Shown piece by piece: positions 36,635 through 50,200 of a stretch of DNA of 64,000 nt. Under the pieces are notes generated by a model that made no database searches, was not told the DNA's origin, and saw only the letters and a list, made by a program, of their open reading frames with translations. The position numbers and the translations under genes were made by a program. Source of the DNA: Phoronis australis (lineage: Eukaryota; Animalia; Phoronida); assembly GCA_002633005.1 (NCBI GenBank), contig NMRA01000485.1, positions 248,442 through 312,441 on the forward strand, in the 5' to 3' direction. Position 1 is the stretch's first letter. Each line of letters opens with the position of its first letter.

Positions 36635-39600
36635 ATGTCTGCCGAGGTTTCGTTGTCTGACGATGGAGAAACAGATGTGCAAAGAGATGAAAATATGAGG
36701 TGGGACACTAGCATTGGTCGACCCTCATTGGTTATCCAACAGTAACAGGGTTAAACAATTTTTTTCGTGTTGCTCTATCATTACACAAAATTTTATAACT
36801 TGTAAAATAATTACCAGGGCTTGGAATTGTCCTCTTTTGAGAGGATTTCCTCTTTTTTGGTTTCGATTTCTTCTGAATTAATTTCCAGTTTCCTTGTTTG
36901 ACATCTCTTATTTATCATTACTTCGACATAATTTGTGCAAAAAAACCACGTTTATTACAGGTAAATTTTACAGCACAAAAACTATTTCTATCACACAAGC
37001 CTATTTATTTCTGGAAGAATACATCACTTGGAAAGTTATCCTCTTTTTTTTCTCATTGGTCATTCCAAGCCCTGAATTACTCAAGATTACTTTTTTTGTT
37101 AAAATGTATTTCATATTTAAATTTGATTTCCACTATGTTCACACTCTGAAAACTGTCACTTTGAACCACGTGGTTAAAGGCTATCAATCTAGAGGGTGAT
37201 GACAGAGGAAAAAATACAGTGAAATCTGATTATTAAACTGTAAAGGTGGTATTCTGCCTGTATTTGCATGTGTAATGTAGAAGGACAAATACAGTTGAAC
37301 GACACTAAAGGGAATGAAAGACCTAACCGTACATGGAGAATGTTGTTTTGTTGTGGGATGTGTTTTACTCTCTTTTCTGTGTTTTTCCTGTTTGGCTGGT
37401 TTACTGAAGTCCTAGCTGTTCATTCATTAGTGACTATGGTTTCTTGCAGTGATGAAGCCAGTAAAGACAAGAAAAGACTTGCAGATGACATACACGGCCA
37501 AATTTCAGACACTGACGATACAAGTTCAAGGAGGTGACATTTTTTATATCAGTTTTGACCTACCAATTCCCATTAGTTTAAAGTACTGTCGTTATACCTA
37601 CCTGGAGTTGCACAGTTCAATGTAAGTATTTGAGGATTTAAAGATAAGAACCATAAGTTTCGTTGGAAATCGGTTGTGATTTTTACAACAAACACAGTTC
37701 CATGCAACTTTGAAGAAAAGTGGTAACTGATCAGAAATGATGAGAAATAAGTGAATAAGTGACTGGTTGATGGGAGCAACAGCTAAATTTTCTTGCAGTG
37801 ATGAGCGCAGTCAAGGCAAGAAAAGGTCAGCAGATGATGGAGACAGCCACACGTCTGATACTGAGGCAGCAGGTTCAAAGAGGTACTTTTTGTTTTGCTA
37901 GAACTCCATGCCTTGTCTCTCGCTATTGTTTTACATTTTTAGATTTTAAGTGTTAGCTCAAGATTATTTAGGACCATGTCAAGAAGTCTTTTGCCAAATA
38001 TCAACAAAACTATAGATTTTAACTTGGTAAAAGTATATATTTTGTGAAAGTAGAAGTCTGCTTTATTTGATCTGTGACTTCACTGGTTTGCCATTGATTT
38101 GGTCATGTGACCTTGTCATATAGCAACAACAAAAGGTACATTGACAGCAACACAATAGTATTTATGGGTATGAGGAAATTTCGTTTGATGTAAATGTATT
38201 GTAGTTAAAATCTCAAAAACACTGTTACAGTTTTCTAAGTGATCATTTCGTTTTTTCCGTTTTAAGCAACACACAGCCATGAAAGTCCTGTGTCTTGATA
38301 GCCCTTTATTCAGTAGTGGAACAATTCTTGCATTTTCTATAGTATCTGAATCCACACAAACATTTCAGAGATGTGATGTTCCAAAGTTAGCCAAATTTGG
38401 CATTTTCCTAATGTTCTACATAATCTCAATAGTGTTGAAGTCACCACTATCACGAATATCTCTAGGTGAAAAATGATCGCCAGCACATTAATTGCTAGAT
38501 GTACATTTGACATTTCTGTGGTGGAATATCAAAAGAAAAATTGTTGCAATCAAACCGCATTACAACGTGCCATGTTCATAAGTGTTCGCTCGCTTTTAAC
38601 ATTCTAGTTTACATGACCAAGCCAAATGCACCGAGTTCGAATTGATTTTGTTGCAGTCTTCAATCAATCAATTCAAAGGCAAACTTACAGTGACCTTCAG
38701 TTATCACAAGTGTTGAAATATCCCAGGGAGTTGGTTGCAACGCCGTTCAACTATACCTGTAATATCTCTCGTGAAGACCAATGACTACTAGACACCTATG
38801 TGTCAAAAACTCCCACGTTTTTTCAATAATTCATGTAAAGCGTGGTACCGCTTTGAATTGAGACGGTTGTCCATAAATCAGGGCACATGTTGTATCTTAT
38901 TTCATTTGAAGTTCTGATGCATGCATTGAAGTAAATGAAGAATTCGACCAATGAAACGAAAGGTTATAGACATTTGATCTGCCAATTATAATTCACGTCA
39001 TTGATTATTCAGGTTAAGGGATACTCGATGACAGTAGCACGTCAGCGACATTGCTTCAAATGTTATTCTAAGCAATTCTCTCAGATTATACTTCGTTTAA
39101 TGTAAACTGGATATTACGAATCCCATCTATTATTATCAAAGCTGGATTTTGTATGAAATAATAAAATTAGAGACCCACTGTCTTTGTTATTGACCTGGGT
39201 CAGGAAAATGAGTTTACCAGATTTGCTTGACTAGCAGAACTTCGTCATACATTTCTCTGATGTGCGTTCCTCTATCGAGATACAGCCTAAGGGCCAGTAA
39301 ATTAATTAGCAAGCATTGATTCTGTAATGGGGAATCGAAAAAGCTGTTTGTCCTCAAACTTAATTATTTTGAAGGTAAACTATAAACACAACACAATTAT
39401 TGGAAAGTATGCATAGTTTAAGAAAAACAAGGAGGGAACAAATTTCACTTTCAAAGTTGGTGCTGATTTAAGTCACTAAATTTTATAATCTCAGTTTGTT
39501 TCTTACTCAGATTAGAAGCCATTCCTGTGCAAGAAATGAAGCGACAATTCGTTATTGCTAGAGTCTGTGATACCGTGCTTGACGTTTGACATGTAAAATG

Positions 39601-41099
39601 GCCATACGGGACGTGTGAACTTGTAGCAATAATCTACTGTAATTTCAGGTTTCATCTATTTGTCTTTTATTTCTTGCTACTATTGTGGCCAAGAACCAAT
39701 TCAATTTTGTAACCGTAAGTTGTGAAAATCAAAAATTAATTTTTTTGATGGAAGGTAGTTTTACAAATGCTCGTTTGAATTCTGTTGTAGAGTCAAACTG
39801 GATGAGGATGTTGTTGATGTTAAGTCTTCTGGTGATGACTCTCAAGATGGCAGGAAGCAACCACCTGTCTCCAACATGGATGTAGACCTCAATCACAAGG
39901 ACGCAGAGTGTGTGGAAGACGGCGACAGTGACAAAGAGAACGATGGGGACGCACCGATGGATCTGAGTACTAAACCTCCAGGTAAATCACCGGACGTGAT
40001 CACTTTGTCAGACTCTGACTCTGAGGATAGTGCCGTCCACTACGCTGTGGATTTTGTACAACTGTCTCCAGAGGAAGAAGCAGCCCGCAACAAGTTGATA
40101 CGCAAACTGCAGACAGAGCTTCGCAATGAGGAGGCTAAACTCGTGTTGCTGAAGAAGATCCGACAGAGTCAACTGGCCTCTCAGCAGAGTACGGATATAA
40201 GCAAGGCTTCGCAGCGACTGGGAGTGTCTGCAGCCCCACTCCCTGTTATGAGAGGGGGCAACCATCATCCCATGACTAATGGCACCAAGTACATGTCATC
40301 GTCTCATCACTCTGGCAGGACGTCACAAGTGGGACCTCCGCCACTCGTCATGGCTCCCCGCCAGCAGACCACTCATCAGTCACTGACCTCTAGTCAAGTG
40401 CCAAGTTACAGGCAGACGCAGGCGCCGTCCCAGCCCCCTCAGCCAGTACAGACCCCAGAACAGCGTCAGGCTGCGGCTAAACTGGCTCTAAGGAAACAAC
40501 TGGAGAAGACTTTGCTTCAGATTCCTCCGCCCAAACCGCCGCCGCCCGAGATGAACTTCATTCCCAGCGTGGGCAGTAACGAGTTCATCATGTTGGTTGG
40601 GCTGGAGGAAGTCGTCAAGAGAATCTTAGACGCTGAGCAGGGCAAACCAGAGATGAAGTATGTCTTCAACCCATTCACATGTTGCCAGTGCAGTACAGAC
40701 TTCACTCCCGTGTGGAAGCGCAACAAGCCCGGCTCGAAGGAGGTCATCTGTGAGGTGTGCGTGACATCAAACACCAAGCGGGCCCTGAAGCAGGAGCATA
40801 CTAACCGCCTCAAGAGCGCCTTCGTCAAGGCCTTACAGCAGGAGCAGGAGATTGAGCAGCGCCTTAATAGCCAGGGTTCTTCCTCCCCAAGCCCCGCCAC
40901 GTCATCGCCCGTTAACTTAACCTCGTCGTACAAACCTTCAGCTGAACAGATGAGGCAACACCACAACCTAATTCAAGCTCACCAGGCACAGTTGCGCTCC
41001 CTTCAGGGATTCCAAGGAGCTAACTTCCCCTATCAGATGTCCTCGTCTAATCTACAACGTCAATTCCTGCTAGATATGATTCCAGCGTGGAAGAAGTGA
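36635..41099 (+). CDS. GATAD2: Transcriptional repressor p66 (GATAD2A/B, simjang; NuRD subunit), ~513 aa
   Basis: Exons 36635-36699, 37450-37533, 37799-37882, 39791-41099 (all junctions phase 2). PMDLS (PxDLS CtBP-type motif), CR1 coiled coil LQTELRNEEAKLVLLKKIRQSQ, CR2 AAAKLALRKQLEKTLLQIPPPKPP, GATA-type zinc finger CCQCSTDFTPVW...CEVC, LKQEHTNRLKSAFVKALQQEQEIEQR and C-terminal FLLDMIP. Confidence 0.93.
36815..37074 (-). mobile_element. CAGGGCTTGGAAT-terminus MITE, subfamily B, 6-bp TSD
   Basis: 13-bp TIR CAGGGCTTGGAAT/ATTCCAAGCCCTG; TSD AATTAC (36809-36814 / 37075-37080). Confidence 0.85.
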
Positions 41100-42386
41100 A
41101 GTCTTTGAACAATTTGTACGTCTTGTGGACAGTTTTATATATTGAAGTAGATTCAGTTTTGACAACTGAGAAAGGCCAGTCAGTTTATCAGTGTTTATGG
41201 TTCCTTAATTGTGAACTGTTTATTGCGGAGGCTATAAAACCATAGTGTTAAAGGTATATTGAGCGCTGTTAGGGTAATATTACTATTACCTTGGGATAAC
41301 CCGTTTTAATTTTAAGACAGTCCTTGAAATAGTGTTGTGAAATAAACAAAGTTAACACTTCTTTTCTATGGTTATACTGTGGCCGAAATGGACCTCCCAG
41401 GTGTTTTTATTTTACAGTGTTTTGAAGATATTGATGTAACGCTCGATATACCTTTCACTCACTTCATCATTTTAGCTCTGGCTCACCAGATTTCCTGATA
41501 GTTGACTAATAGTGTTTCTTTGTTTGTAGAAAACTCGTATTATTACAATCTAGTTTAAAATCTTTAGTATTTTTGTGTTCATGCCACTCATGCATCAAGC
41601 TGCAATATTGACAAGTCTACGCATTCACCAAATATCTCCCAGATTTTAACTCCGGAAAGTTTCCATTTTCAGAAAGCAGAACACCTGTAGAGATTTTGTT
41701 TTTGCAATTTTATTAATAATTGGATCACGTGGTTATGTCTTTTTAGTAAAAAGTAAAACAAAAGCAAGGTACATTCCTGGCAATGAGCAAATTTTATTTG
41801 TTCTAAACGTCGAGCTCTCAATAACTTTATTTAACAGTTTTCTAAAATATTCCGTGTTTGCAACTTCTGTTTTTTTCAAGAAACTCATTCAATTCCAATT
41901 TTTGAATGACAGTTTTGAACAGCGTTTCGAAAAATACTGCATAAATTATTGTATGTGAAAGTTACATACCAGTTCGATTAACTGTTTCTGATATTTGATG
42001 TTCTGAAGTTAGCCAAATTTGGACATTTTTTTCAAGAGTCCTGTGGAAAATCTTGCCAGCAGTATCAACCACTATGTATAGCAAACACTCTCAAAACTTA
42101 TAAAGTTGGCTTTAACTGAAGTTTGCAGAACCGAAATCGACTTGTGAACAGTGTAATTGGATTAAGACTCTAGAGGAATGAAATATTAAAAGTTAATATC
42201 AAAAACCATGCACTGTGTAACATTTGACTGCAGTAGCATTCTTAATGTGTGCATTTCCAATGAAAGATTTTTGTAAACATAAGCCAGCAAAACCCCAAAA
42301 TTAACCCAGTCGCCTCGAGCATGAAAGGATACACCTCTTGCTTATTGTTGATTGAGTTTCTCAAGAATATGCTGTTTCATCAGACA

Positions 42387-42794
42387 CAGGGCTTGGAATG
42401 ACCAATGACTAAAAAAAAAAAAAAAAACGTTACTACCATCAGTAGCATGCGTCTGCGTCCTTTTCGCTCGCCCGTCCACTCCCAACCCACACAAATTTGG
42501 CTGCAGAGCGGTAGTATTTGTCGCCGCGCTTACCAATAACACGAGCCGCCATTGAAAATCAGACCACGCTTTACCCAGATGCCCCGGCAATGTTGACAAT
42601 TTACGTTCCTCCGAAACATAAAGACTTCCGCTTTCCGAGGTGAACGTCGTCTGCAACGCCGCGGTAAGAAAGGAATTTGCCGCGGAAATTTCATATCAAA
42701 TCCGATTTTTTTACGCGGAAATATTATAAAAAAAGCGGAAAGCACATTTCAAAAAAGCGGAAATCCGTGTTTCCGCGGAAAATTCCAAGCCCTG
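42387..42794 (+). mobile_element. CAGGGCTTGGAAT-terminus MITE, subfamily A (internally deleted), 6-bp TSD
   Basis: Same TIR; TSD CAGACA (42381-42386 / 42795-42800); highly similar to 51416-51933 but lacks ~110 bp, deleted at a GAC microhomology; (C)GCGGAAA subterminal repeats. Confidence 0.9.
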
Positions 42795-44233
42795 CAGACA
42801 GTCTCACACGAAATTTAGAGACTTAATTTGTGTTCCGGACCACAACAACTAAAACTGCATTATGCCCTGTTTAACTTAGCTCACAAACCATAATCAAATT
42901 GACCCTTCTATCCTCAGACTGATAAAATAGGTTTGAAATTCCTAATATTTCTTACGGAGACCGGATTCCATTACCATTACCAACTCCAATATTGAAACCA
43001 TCAGCAACTAGAGAATACCCTTCAGAGTTTATTGAGGTTGGCTAACGTAACCCTAAAATTGGGGATTCGAAAATGGAGCATATAGGCATTGCCCGCGACT
43101 TTATTAGGCAGCAATTAAAGATCAAAATAACATGTTTTCAAATCCCAAAGCACTTCTATTAAGAATTCAACGTTGACAATGGCAAAATGTGGCTTTAAAT
43201 AAAACTGGCCAAGTTGGGTTCAATCGTTACCAGTGCTCTGCTTCTATTATGTTTTAAAACTAGAAACAAAGCTATCGGTTTCCCCCAAGTTGCTCCCACT
43301 ATCAACATTATTGCCTTTTGTTGCACATGTAAACGACTCGAGGGGTACAACGAAAGAAATATTGCACTAAAATGGTGGGAGATTTACCTGCCCCATACAC
43401 AAGCACGTAAAATACCCAAAGTGCCGCAGAGAGGTAAATTTTTCAGATTTTGACTTGTCTGTGATCAGTATGGGGCATCAGAACGGTGCATATTCTTAAA
43501 TGGACAGGTGCTGACATCTTGCTTATTTACAGACATGTTCCTCTTCTTCCGGTCTGTAATGACCAATCAATCAATAATCATTAATTTTATTTTAGTGACC
43601 CATAACAATTGCCACCCAGCCACAACTTGGACTTATAAGTCACTATTTTCAAAGAACGTATTAACTACGAGTCTTTTCCAAATGTGATATTTTTATTACG
43701 ACATGCAGTGAAAAAATTTGCCTCTACAAACATGTTCCACAGTGAGTTTTCTTGATTAGAAGTAATTGATTACAAAGAACATAATAATATTGATTAGAAA
43801 ATAACAGCAGAAACTTATCGCACAAGACAGTAATAAACCTTATTTAACTTGTGACAATAATGTAGTTCGGTCCTGTTCTCTTCTATGGGATTGCCAACTG
43901 AGAGACAACAAAATATAGATTGTAAATTGTCTAATACAGAGAAAGCAGTCGAGTGTTTTAATAGATCGCATCACTTTGTTGCTGGATCACAGGAACATAA
44001 CCCACACTGCAAATATTTAAGCTCAGATATCCCGAGACACAGCGACACTGCCAACATCATGCTGGCAGAATTGACAGACGGACAGTAGTCAACACAGCAC
44101 CATTAAGTCATTCACCAGCACATGGACCAAGTAAGCCTCTCTGTGGAACCTTTGTCCTTAATCAAACCCCATAAGTACCATACACTGACAGTCTTCCACT
44201 GGTAACTCCTTGTAACAGTTTATAAAACTGGCA

Positions 44234-47200
44234 TTAGCTAACAGACTTGAGCTCCACTTCAAATACTAGCGTGCTATTGGCTGGAATTGGACCGCTCCGC
44301 TGGCCTCCATAGCTAAAAAGAATAATATTATATGACAAAGAAGAAAAACAAGAGAGGGGAAATTAAATGAGCGACGATCATACATTCATCAACAATGAAG
44401 AGGGTATGATTTTAAAAAACAAAGCTTATTTTTGGTTTTGATTGTAGATAGTTGCATAGCAGTGTTCTCACCAACATCAAACTCAAGCGTGGTAATAATG
44501 ACAAAATGCTGTCAATCACAATGCTCAGCTAAGTGTCGAAGACTAGTGACTCAACATTTTGGTACCACTAAAAGTACTGTACAGCCATGACTGATACAAC
44601 AATCATCTAAAACCCGAACGGCTCACAATTTGAGCGTGATAGTCTGATTTGAATGTGGCGCCCACCACAATCACAATCCCTAGTGGGAACGCTGCATTGA
44701 GGGAAACTCAACACCATGAGAGTGACAAATGGAGGGCAGTGCGTTACTGACAGTTTGGTAAGGACAAACTAACCCTAATACAGTAATGTGAACACTACTC
44801 AAATTTAGTTGCCAATGGTTACTCGCTTTTTATTCACTCACTCTCCTCAAACGCGACGGACGAGCATGAAAGTACCATACTGGCTATTGTTGACTTTTAT
44901 CGTAAGTACAAAAGATTCACGACATAACCTTGACAGCCATCTAGTCTCAAAGAATTCGATGCTTCGAGTTTGAGGTCAAATAGCAGTCTCATTCCTCTCT
45001 GAAAATACATTTCAAATTCCCCTGAACATGACACGCACGTACCCCTGAGAAGGAGGAACTGTTATTCTTCGTTTGCTTCCCACTTTCATGCCTGGAATGG
45101 ACAGCAAAACATGAACCACAAAATGAAAGAATCTCAAAACAATCGATACACATGCGATGTGCGACAAAGCCATGCATGTACTGACGACAATGGAGTATCC
45201 AGAGAAAATAACAAAAATTATTTCTGACAAAGGTACGACATTTTACTCCACAGTTAATAGTCAAATTACATTTTTGCCCAGGGGCTGACACCTGGTTCAC
45301 ACACAAACTGACTGCAACCCCTGTGGTTCCACAACTTTTGCAACCAGCAGAAACATGAACAAATGCAAGGATGTAAGATAATTTATGCAAACACCTGTGT
45401 TGGTGGTTTGAGTTATCCCAAAATTGGTGACGTTGTCACTAGCACTTCCTGAAGTCAGACTGGATACTTCAAAGGACACACATGCTTTGCCTAGGAGCGA
45501 TTTTGTTTGTCGTTGCACTCATTAATGAATGTGCTCAACCATCAACTTCTGCTTTCAAAACTGCGATGCGGATGGTTAGAAATGAACTTTACAGTAGTTT
45601 TCAAAAGTGCACAGTGTTGCTATTCGACAAATTTCTTCACACAAAACCTCGACTAAATGTTCATTTCTTTTTGATCCATTCCAATGCTGGCTACATATCA
45701 ACAAAATCTCCACAGCTGTTGCTCTGCGCACTTTGTCAAAATCCCAAAAATTTACTGCGCAAAGCCATTCACAAATAAACAATTAGTGAGTAGATACAAC
45801 AATGACTAATTAAACTCTTGACAAAATTTCGTCGACAAAAACACTATTTTATTACCACAAAATTTCGATTAAACTGACAAATAATTCTAGCAAAAAAATT
45901 GTCAGATTGATAAAACTTGAGTTCAGTCAAAGTCTGCACAATTCATTCTGAAAACAACTGTAAAATGGAAAGAAATGACCCCTACACAGGCAACAAAATT
46001 TGTCCAGAAAAAAACCTCAATTGGTGCTTCAACCACTGAAAAACCACTAACACTTTCACAACACTCATGTGAACGCAGTACGAGCTGGACTGTCTGCGCT
46101 TCAGGGTATCCTTTCCACTATCAGCGTTTGGAAATCATGTGGAGATAACTGAGCTGCTACGAGGCTTTTCAATACATCAACATCTGACAGAATTCAATCC
46201 AGTTTACGTTGAAAGTGAAATTAGCTTATGGGATTAAACCCGAAATACTGCACAAGTCAAAAGAAATTAGGATGTTACCTGCTAGCCCGTGATCCCAGCC
46301 TTTAATCACCTCACCCTTGCCCAGCTTAAACTTGAATGGCTTGCCTCCCGTACACGCGTCAAACTGCTTGCCATTTTGTAGCAGCTTGCCAGAGTAGTAA
46401 ACTCCAACCTGCATTAGAGGAACATTGTGCATGAGATATGTACCTGTGCTTTACTGCAACTTTCAAAAGGCCTGCAAATTCGATCCGTTTCACGTTTCTT
46501 TTGGCTACAAATGTTGAAACTAGATCAACGCAAAGCGTTGAAAGGTGCACCCGACTGCACCGCAAACAGCATACTTCTAGTGGTGTCTATTAACTATCAG
46601 ATCAATAATGTGGGGATAGGTCGTGGTAGTACAGTTGGGTCACCCAGTTCTTAGTTGAATGGTAGATAGTTGGTCAACAAGGTAGCAACAGCAAGTTGAT
46701 AGAGAGCAGCATAGAAACTAACACAGTCGTTGAGTTAATACCGATTCAAAAAGTTCATTAACCCTAACAACATTATATAATTATATAAAGTGAATAGAAT
46801 ATGCGTGGGTTGTGAGTGCAATATTGAAAGTTCCGGTGATTTCATCCAAATCATAAGCATGAATGGAGTCTGGACAGCTGTATGGCATATAGGGTTTCAC
46901 TATGAGTGGGCGCTGGTAGTGACATAGTAAACAACAACACAAGGATGTCCCGGAATTGTTATGTAACATAAACTGTTTTGTTGGGATTGTACTTCGTAGG
47001 AAATGATGAAACTTGAACTTAATGAACTTCATGAGAATTCATGACACAATTTGGTCACTGAGATGTCAAACCTGAAAAAGGACTGGTGCTGGCGCATTTC
47101 AATCATATATGTCTCTGTGAAGGATCCATTAATAAAAAAATGTTTCAAAATTTTGACAAAAATCAAGCAATACTTTGTCAAAAAACTGAAACGGCCAACA

Positions 47201-50200
47201 GCAGGCGCTACAGTAGACCAATCTGTCTTCAGATGCTGGAGAATCCCAGCCATAAATCCTTGTTTTATTAAATTCTTTCCAGCAATAATTGACAGACAGG
47301 AAAATGTACTCAAAAACTAAAATTGCATCGTCTGAAAATGTACTCAAAAACTAAAATTGCATCGTCTGAAAATGTACTCAAAAACTAAAATTGCATCGTC
47401 TGAAAATGTACTAGTGACGGATCTTTCCAACCACACTTCTGTGTTAACTTACAGCGAAATTTGTCAAGTCATTTTGCCAAAAAGTGACAGGCAATGAACT
47501 TGTCATTGAAAACTAAAATGCCCAACAGGAGTGCCACAGCAGTCCAAATGCACGTCTAACACTTTCTACATTTTGTATCTCACAAGACTTTTTGTTTTCT
47601 CTTCTGTTTCAGTGTACTTATCATTCATTTCATTTTTTTCACTAGTAATTGAAGGGGGCACTGCTGAACAGCAGTCAGATAAAGCAGGCCACTCTCTCAA
47701 CATAAAACAAAATACAAACATCACCACACAAACACAGGACAACTACTCACAGTTTTGCCAGACTTTGCCTCAGGACCATGCCCTTCCTTCAGTTCCTCTA
47801 CTGTGGTTCCCCCGGCAACGACCCGTTTGACTGGTGTCTTGGAGGGCTTGGTCGTATTTGCTGTAGGAGTTTTCTTCTGCAGCCACAAAAGGAGAAGATC
47901 ACGCCATCATGCCATTTCTCATCACAGATTAAAACCAACAGAAGGCACTTAGACTAGCGACTTGATCAAAAGTTAAAGTTCTAGGCATTCTTCACCTTAT
48001 AGAACAAATATGTTCAAATTTAAGAAATGGGATTGTGCGTGAATAATCTTAACTTGGTGTTCGGATCAGTTCACTCAAGTCAGATTCGTCGATTGAGTAC
48101 CTCATATTGACATGGAAACTGTTAGGTCATGACATGACCCAGAGCCAGTGTGCGGTACAGATTCACGAATGTTAATAGCCTACAAAATGTGCTACTTACA
48201 CTATCAGCTGGTGTGTTTGTCTTGTTCTCAACCTCTCCTGCTTGTTCTTTTTTCAGTTTCTTTTTTAGCCGCTTCTTTTGCGACTTGCTCAACTGCGAGT
48301 TGTCAACCTGAAAATGATGTCGCAAGATTCGACATAATTAAGAAACGTTATCCTTTAGCTTCCTCTCCCTGTTGTGGCCAACTGCGTCACGGCAAAACAT
48401 AGAACAAAAGGTCAAAAGCACAGCACAAGACAAAAGTATTCAGCCAAAAATGACCCAGGAATTCCCTGTCATAAGGCTGGACGGAAGCCGAAACCATCAT
48501 AAAAGTAGTCTTCTCTTGCGACTGAGAATGAAACTGGCTAAGCTATTCTGCAAATAATTTTGCACAAATAATAGTCATTACCAGCTATTTTTTGCAGTCG
48601 GCACACAGAGTTAGCCGTCATGGCTGAGAAATGTCAGCTTGTGTCAATGCAATACCAAATAAAGATTCTTCTCATGTAAACAAAAGTAAGTCCATAAGCC
48701 ATTTATTGCACACAGCACTTGCAACAATCAAATACACGTGCATTGTCGTCCAACGCAGGTTTTAATGTCAATTAACTTTATTTTCTAAAAGCGTTTTGTA
48801 GACAAAACCCAAAATACCTTTTGCCAATGTGCTGAGGAACACATCAGTGTCATCAAAACTGGCCAATCATCCCTTAGAAAGACAAACTAAACACAATTTT
48901 TGAACTTCTGCACCATACCTGAATTTTCATGGACTGAAAAGAAACCCTTTGCAGTTTTGTAATCGTGTACTGGTGTTCAGTCTTAGGAATTAGCGCTAGG
49001 TGACACACATCTCATATTAAGTCCTGGGTCCTGAATTCCATCCTAGCACTCCACATACCTTATCCCCTTTCCCACTAGGTGTCACTGCCTCCTTGTTGGC
49101 CTGTTTCCCAGCCACTTTCCCTTGTTGTCCCTTCTCGGCCTTCTTGCTCTTCTGTTTTTCTTGTTTTGCCGGCTTCTCGTAACTACCAGTGGAGTCCTCC
49201 GACACCCCATCATCAGACTCTACAGCTGGCAGTTCAAGATCATCCTCCTCATCTGCAGGCAAGAAAACATTGCTCACTAGGTGGCAGTGCGCCAGCTGCA
49301 CTTGGGAACAGAAACAGACAATTTGCACAAAACTGGCATTGTGGGACGTTGCCTATGAGCCTATTTCCGAAATGGAAGTTTTTCAAAACAATATCAGTTG
49401 AGTATTTTAAACATGCTTGTCTGGCATAGTCTGGTGTCTGGCATAGTCTGGTGTCTGGCATAGTCTGGTGTCTGGTATAGTCTGGTGTCCGTTCCACAAG
49501 TGCAAGTCAAGAATTAATTTGGCTGAGGACATTTGACCAATTACGCACTTTGAATTAATTCATTTCGGAGCAAAAGAAATCACCTGAAGTAACTCTCGTA
49601 GCCGTGGCAACAGACTGTTCAACACGTGAAACATCAACTAGCAGCTGTGTGATTTGGGTTTTCGGAACACATAAACCTCGACTGAGAAAAACTGGATATA
49701 AACCAGTTATAGTAAAAACACTATCCTAAATGGCCACACTGGCTGGCAACATAGTTTGTGTTGTTTACAATCTGCATTAATTGAACTCCGAACTTTAAAT
49801 AGTCATGCAAATTTCCTGCAACTCAGACATTGGATAATTACAGAATGTCTTTATAGTCCAGAAATTAACACTGAAAGTTTGACCATAAAACAGCAAAACT
49901 GAATCTGGTCTGTGGCCAACTCATTATGAAACCGGTGCCTCGTGGTTTAAAGAAAAAAAGACATGTTTGCATAACTTTAGCGAATTTTTTTCTTCTAAAT
50001 CTACCCAATGTATCTTGGCAAGATTGTTTTAACTATCTGGCTTGGCAACTGAGGCACAATCACCGACGTAATGGCCTTAATTTGACTGGTTATGACTCAC
50101 AGAGGCATCGGGTGATTTTTTTCTTTCTGAAAACTGGGTAAAATTACTAGAAAATATGGTACGATGACATCAAATTTCTAAAAATACAGACCAGAAACAA

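Noticed and set aside
40517-40966. 149-aa and 86-aa antisense ORFs over GATAD2, and similar ORFs over JMY/WHAMM, CCT3 and FKBP exons
   Set aside because: Shadow frames of real coding exons.
38220-42062. Similar sequences (GATGTTC..AAGTTAGCCAAATTTGG) at ~38375 and ~41998 flanking the large GATAD2 exon
   Set aside because: They look like two old copies of a common interspersed repeat; too diverged and too far from the exon to be LTRs or TSDs of a retrocopy.
46444-46471. AG/GT-flanked 28-nt segment before FKBP exon 11
   Set aside because: The downstream intron would be only ~35 nt, too short for normal splicing.
47300-47412. 34-bp direct repeats of CRISPR-like length
   Set aside because: No spacers, eukaryotic intron and no cas genes; a plain minisatellite.
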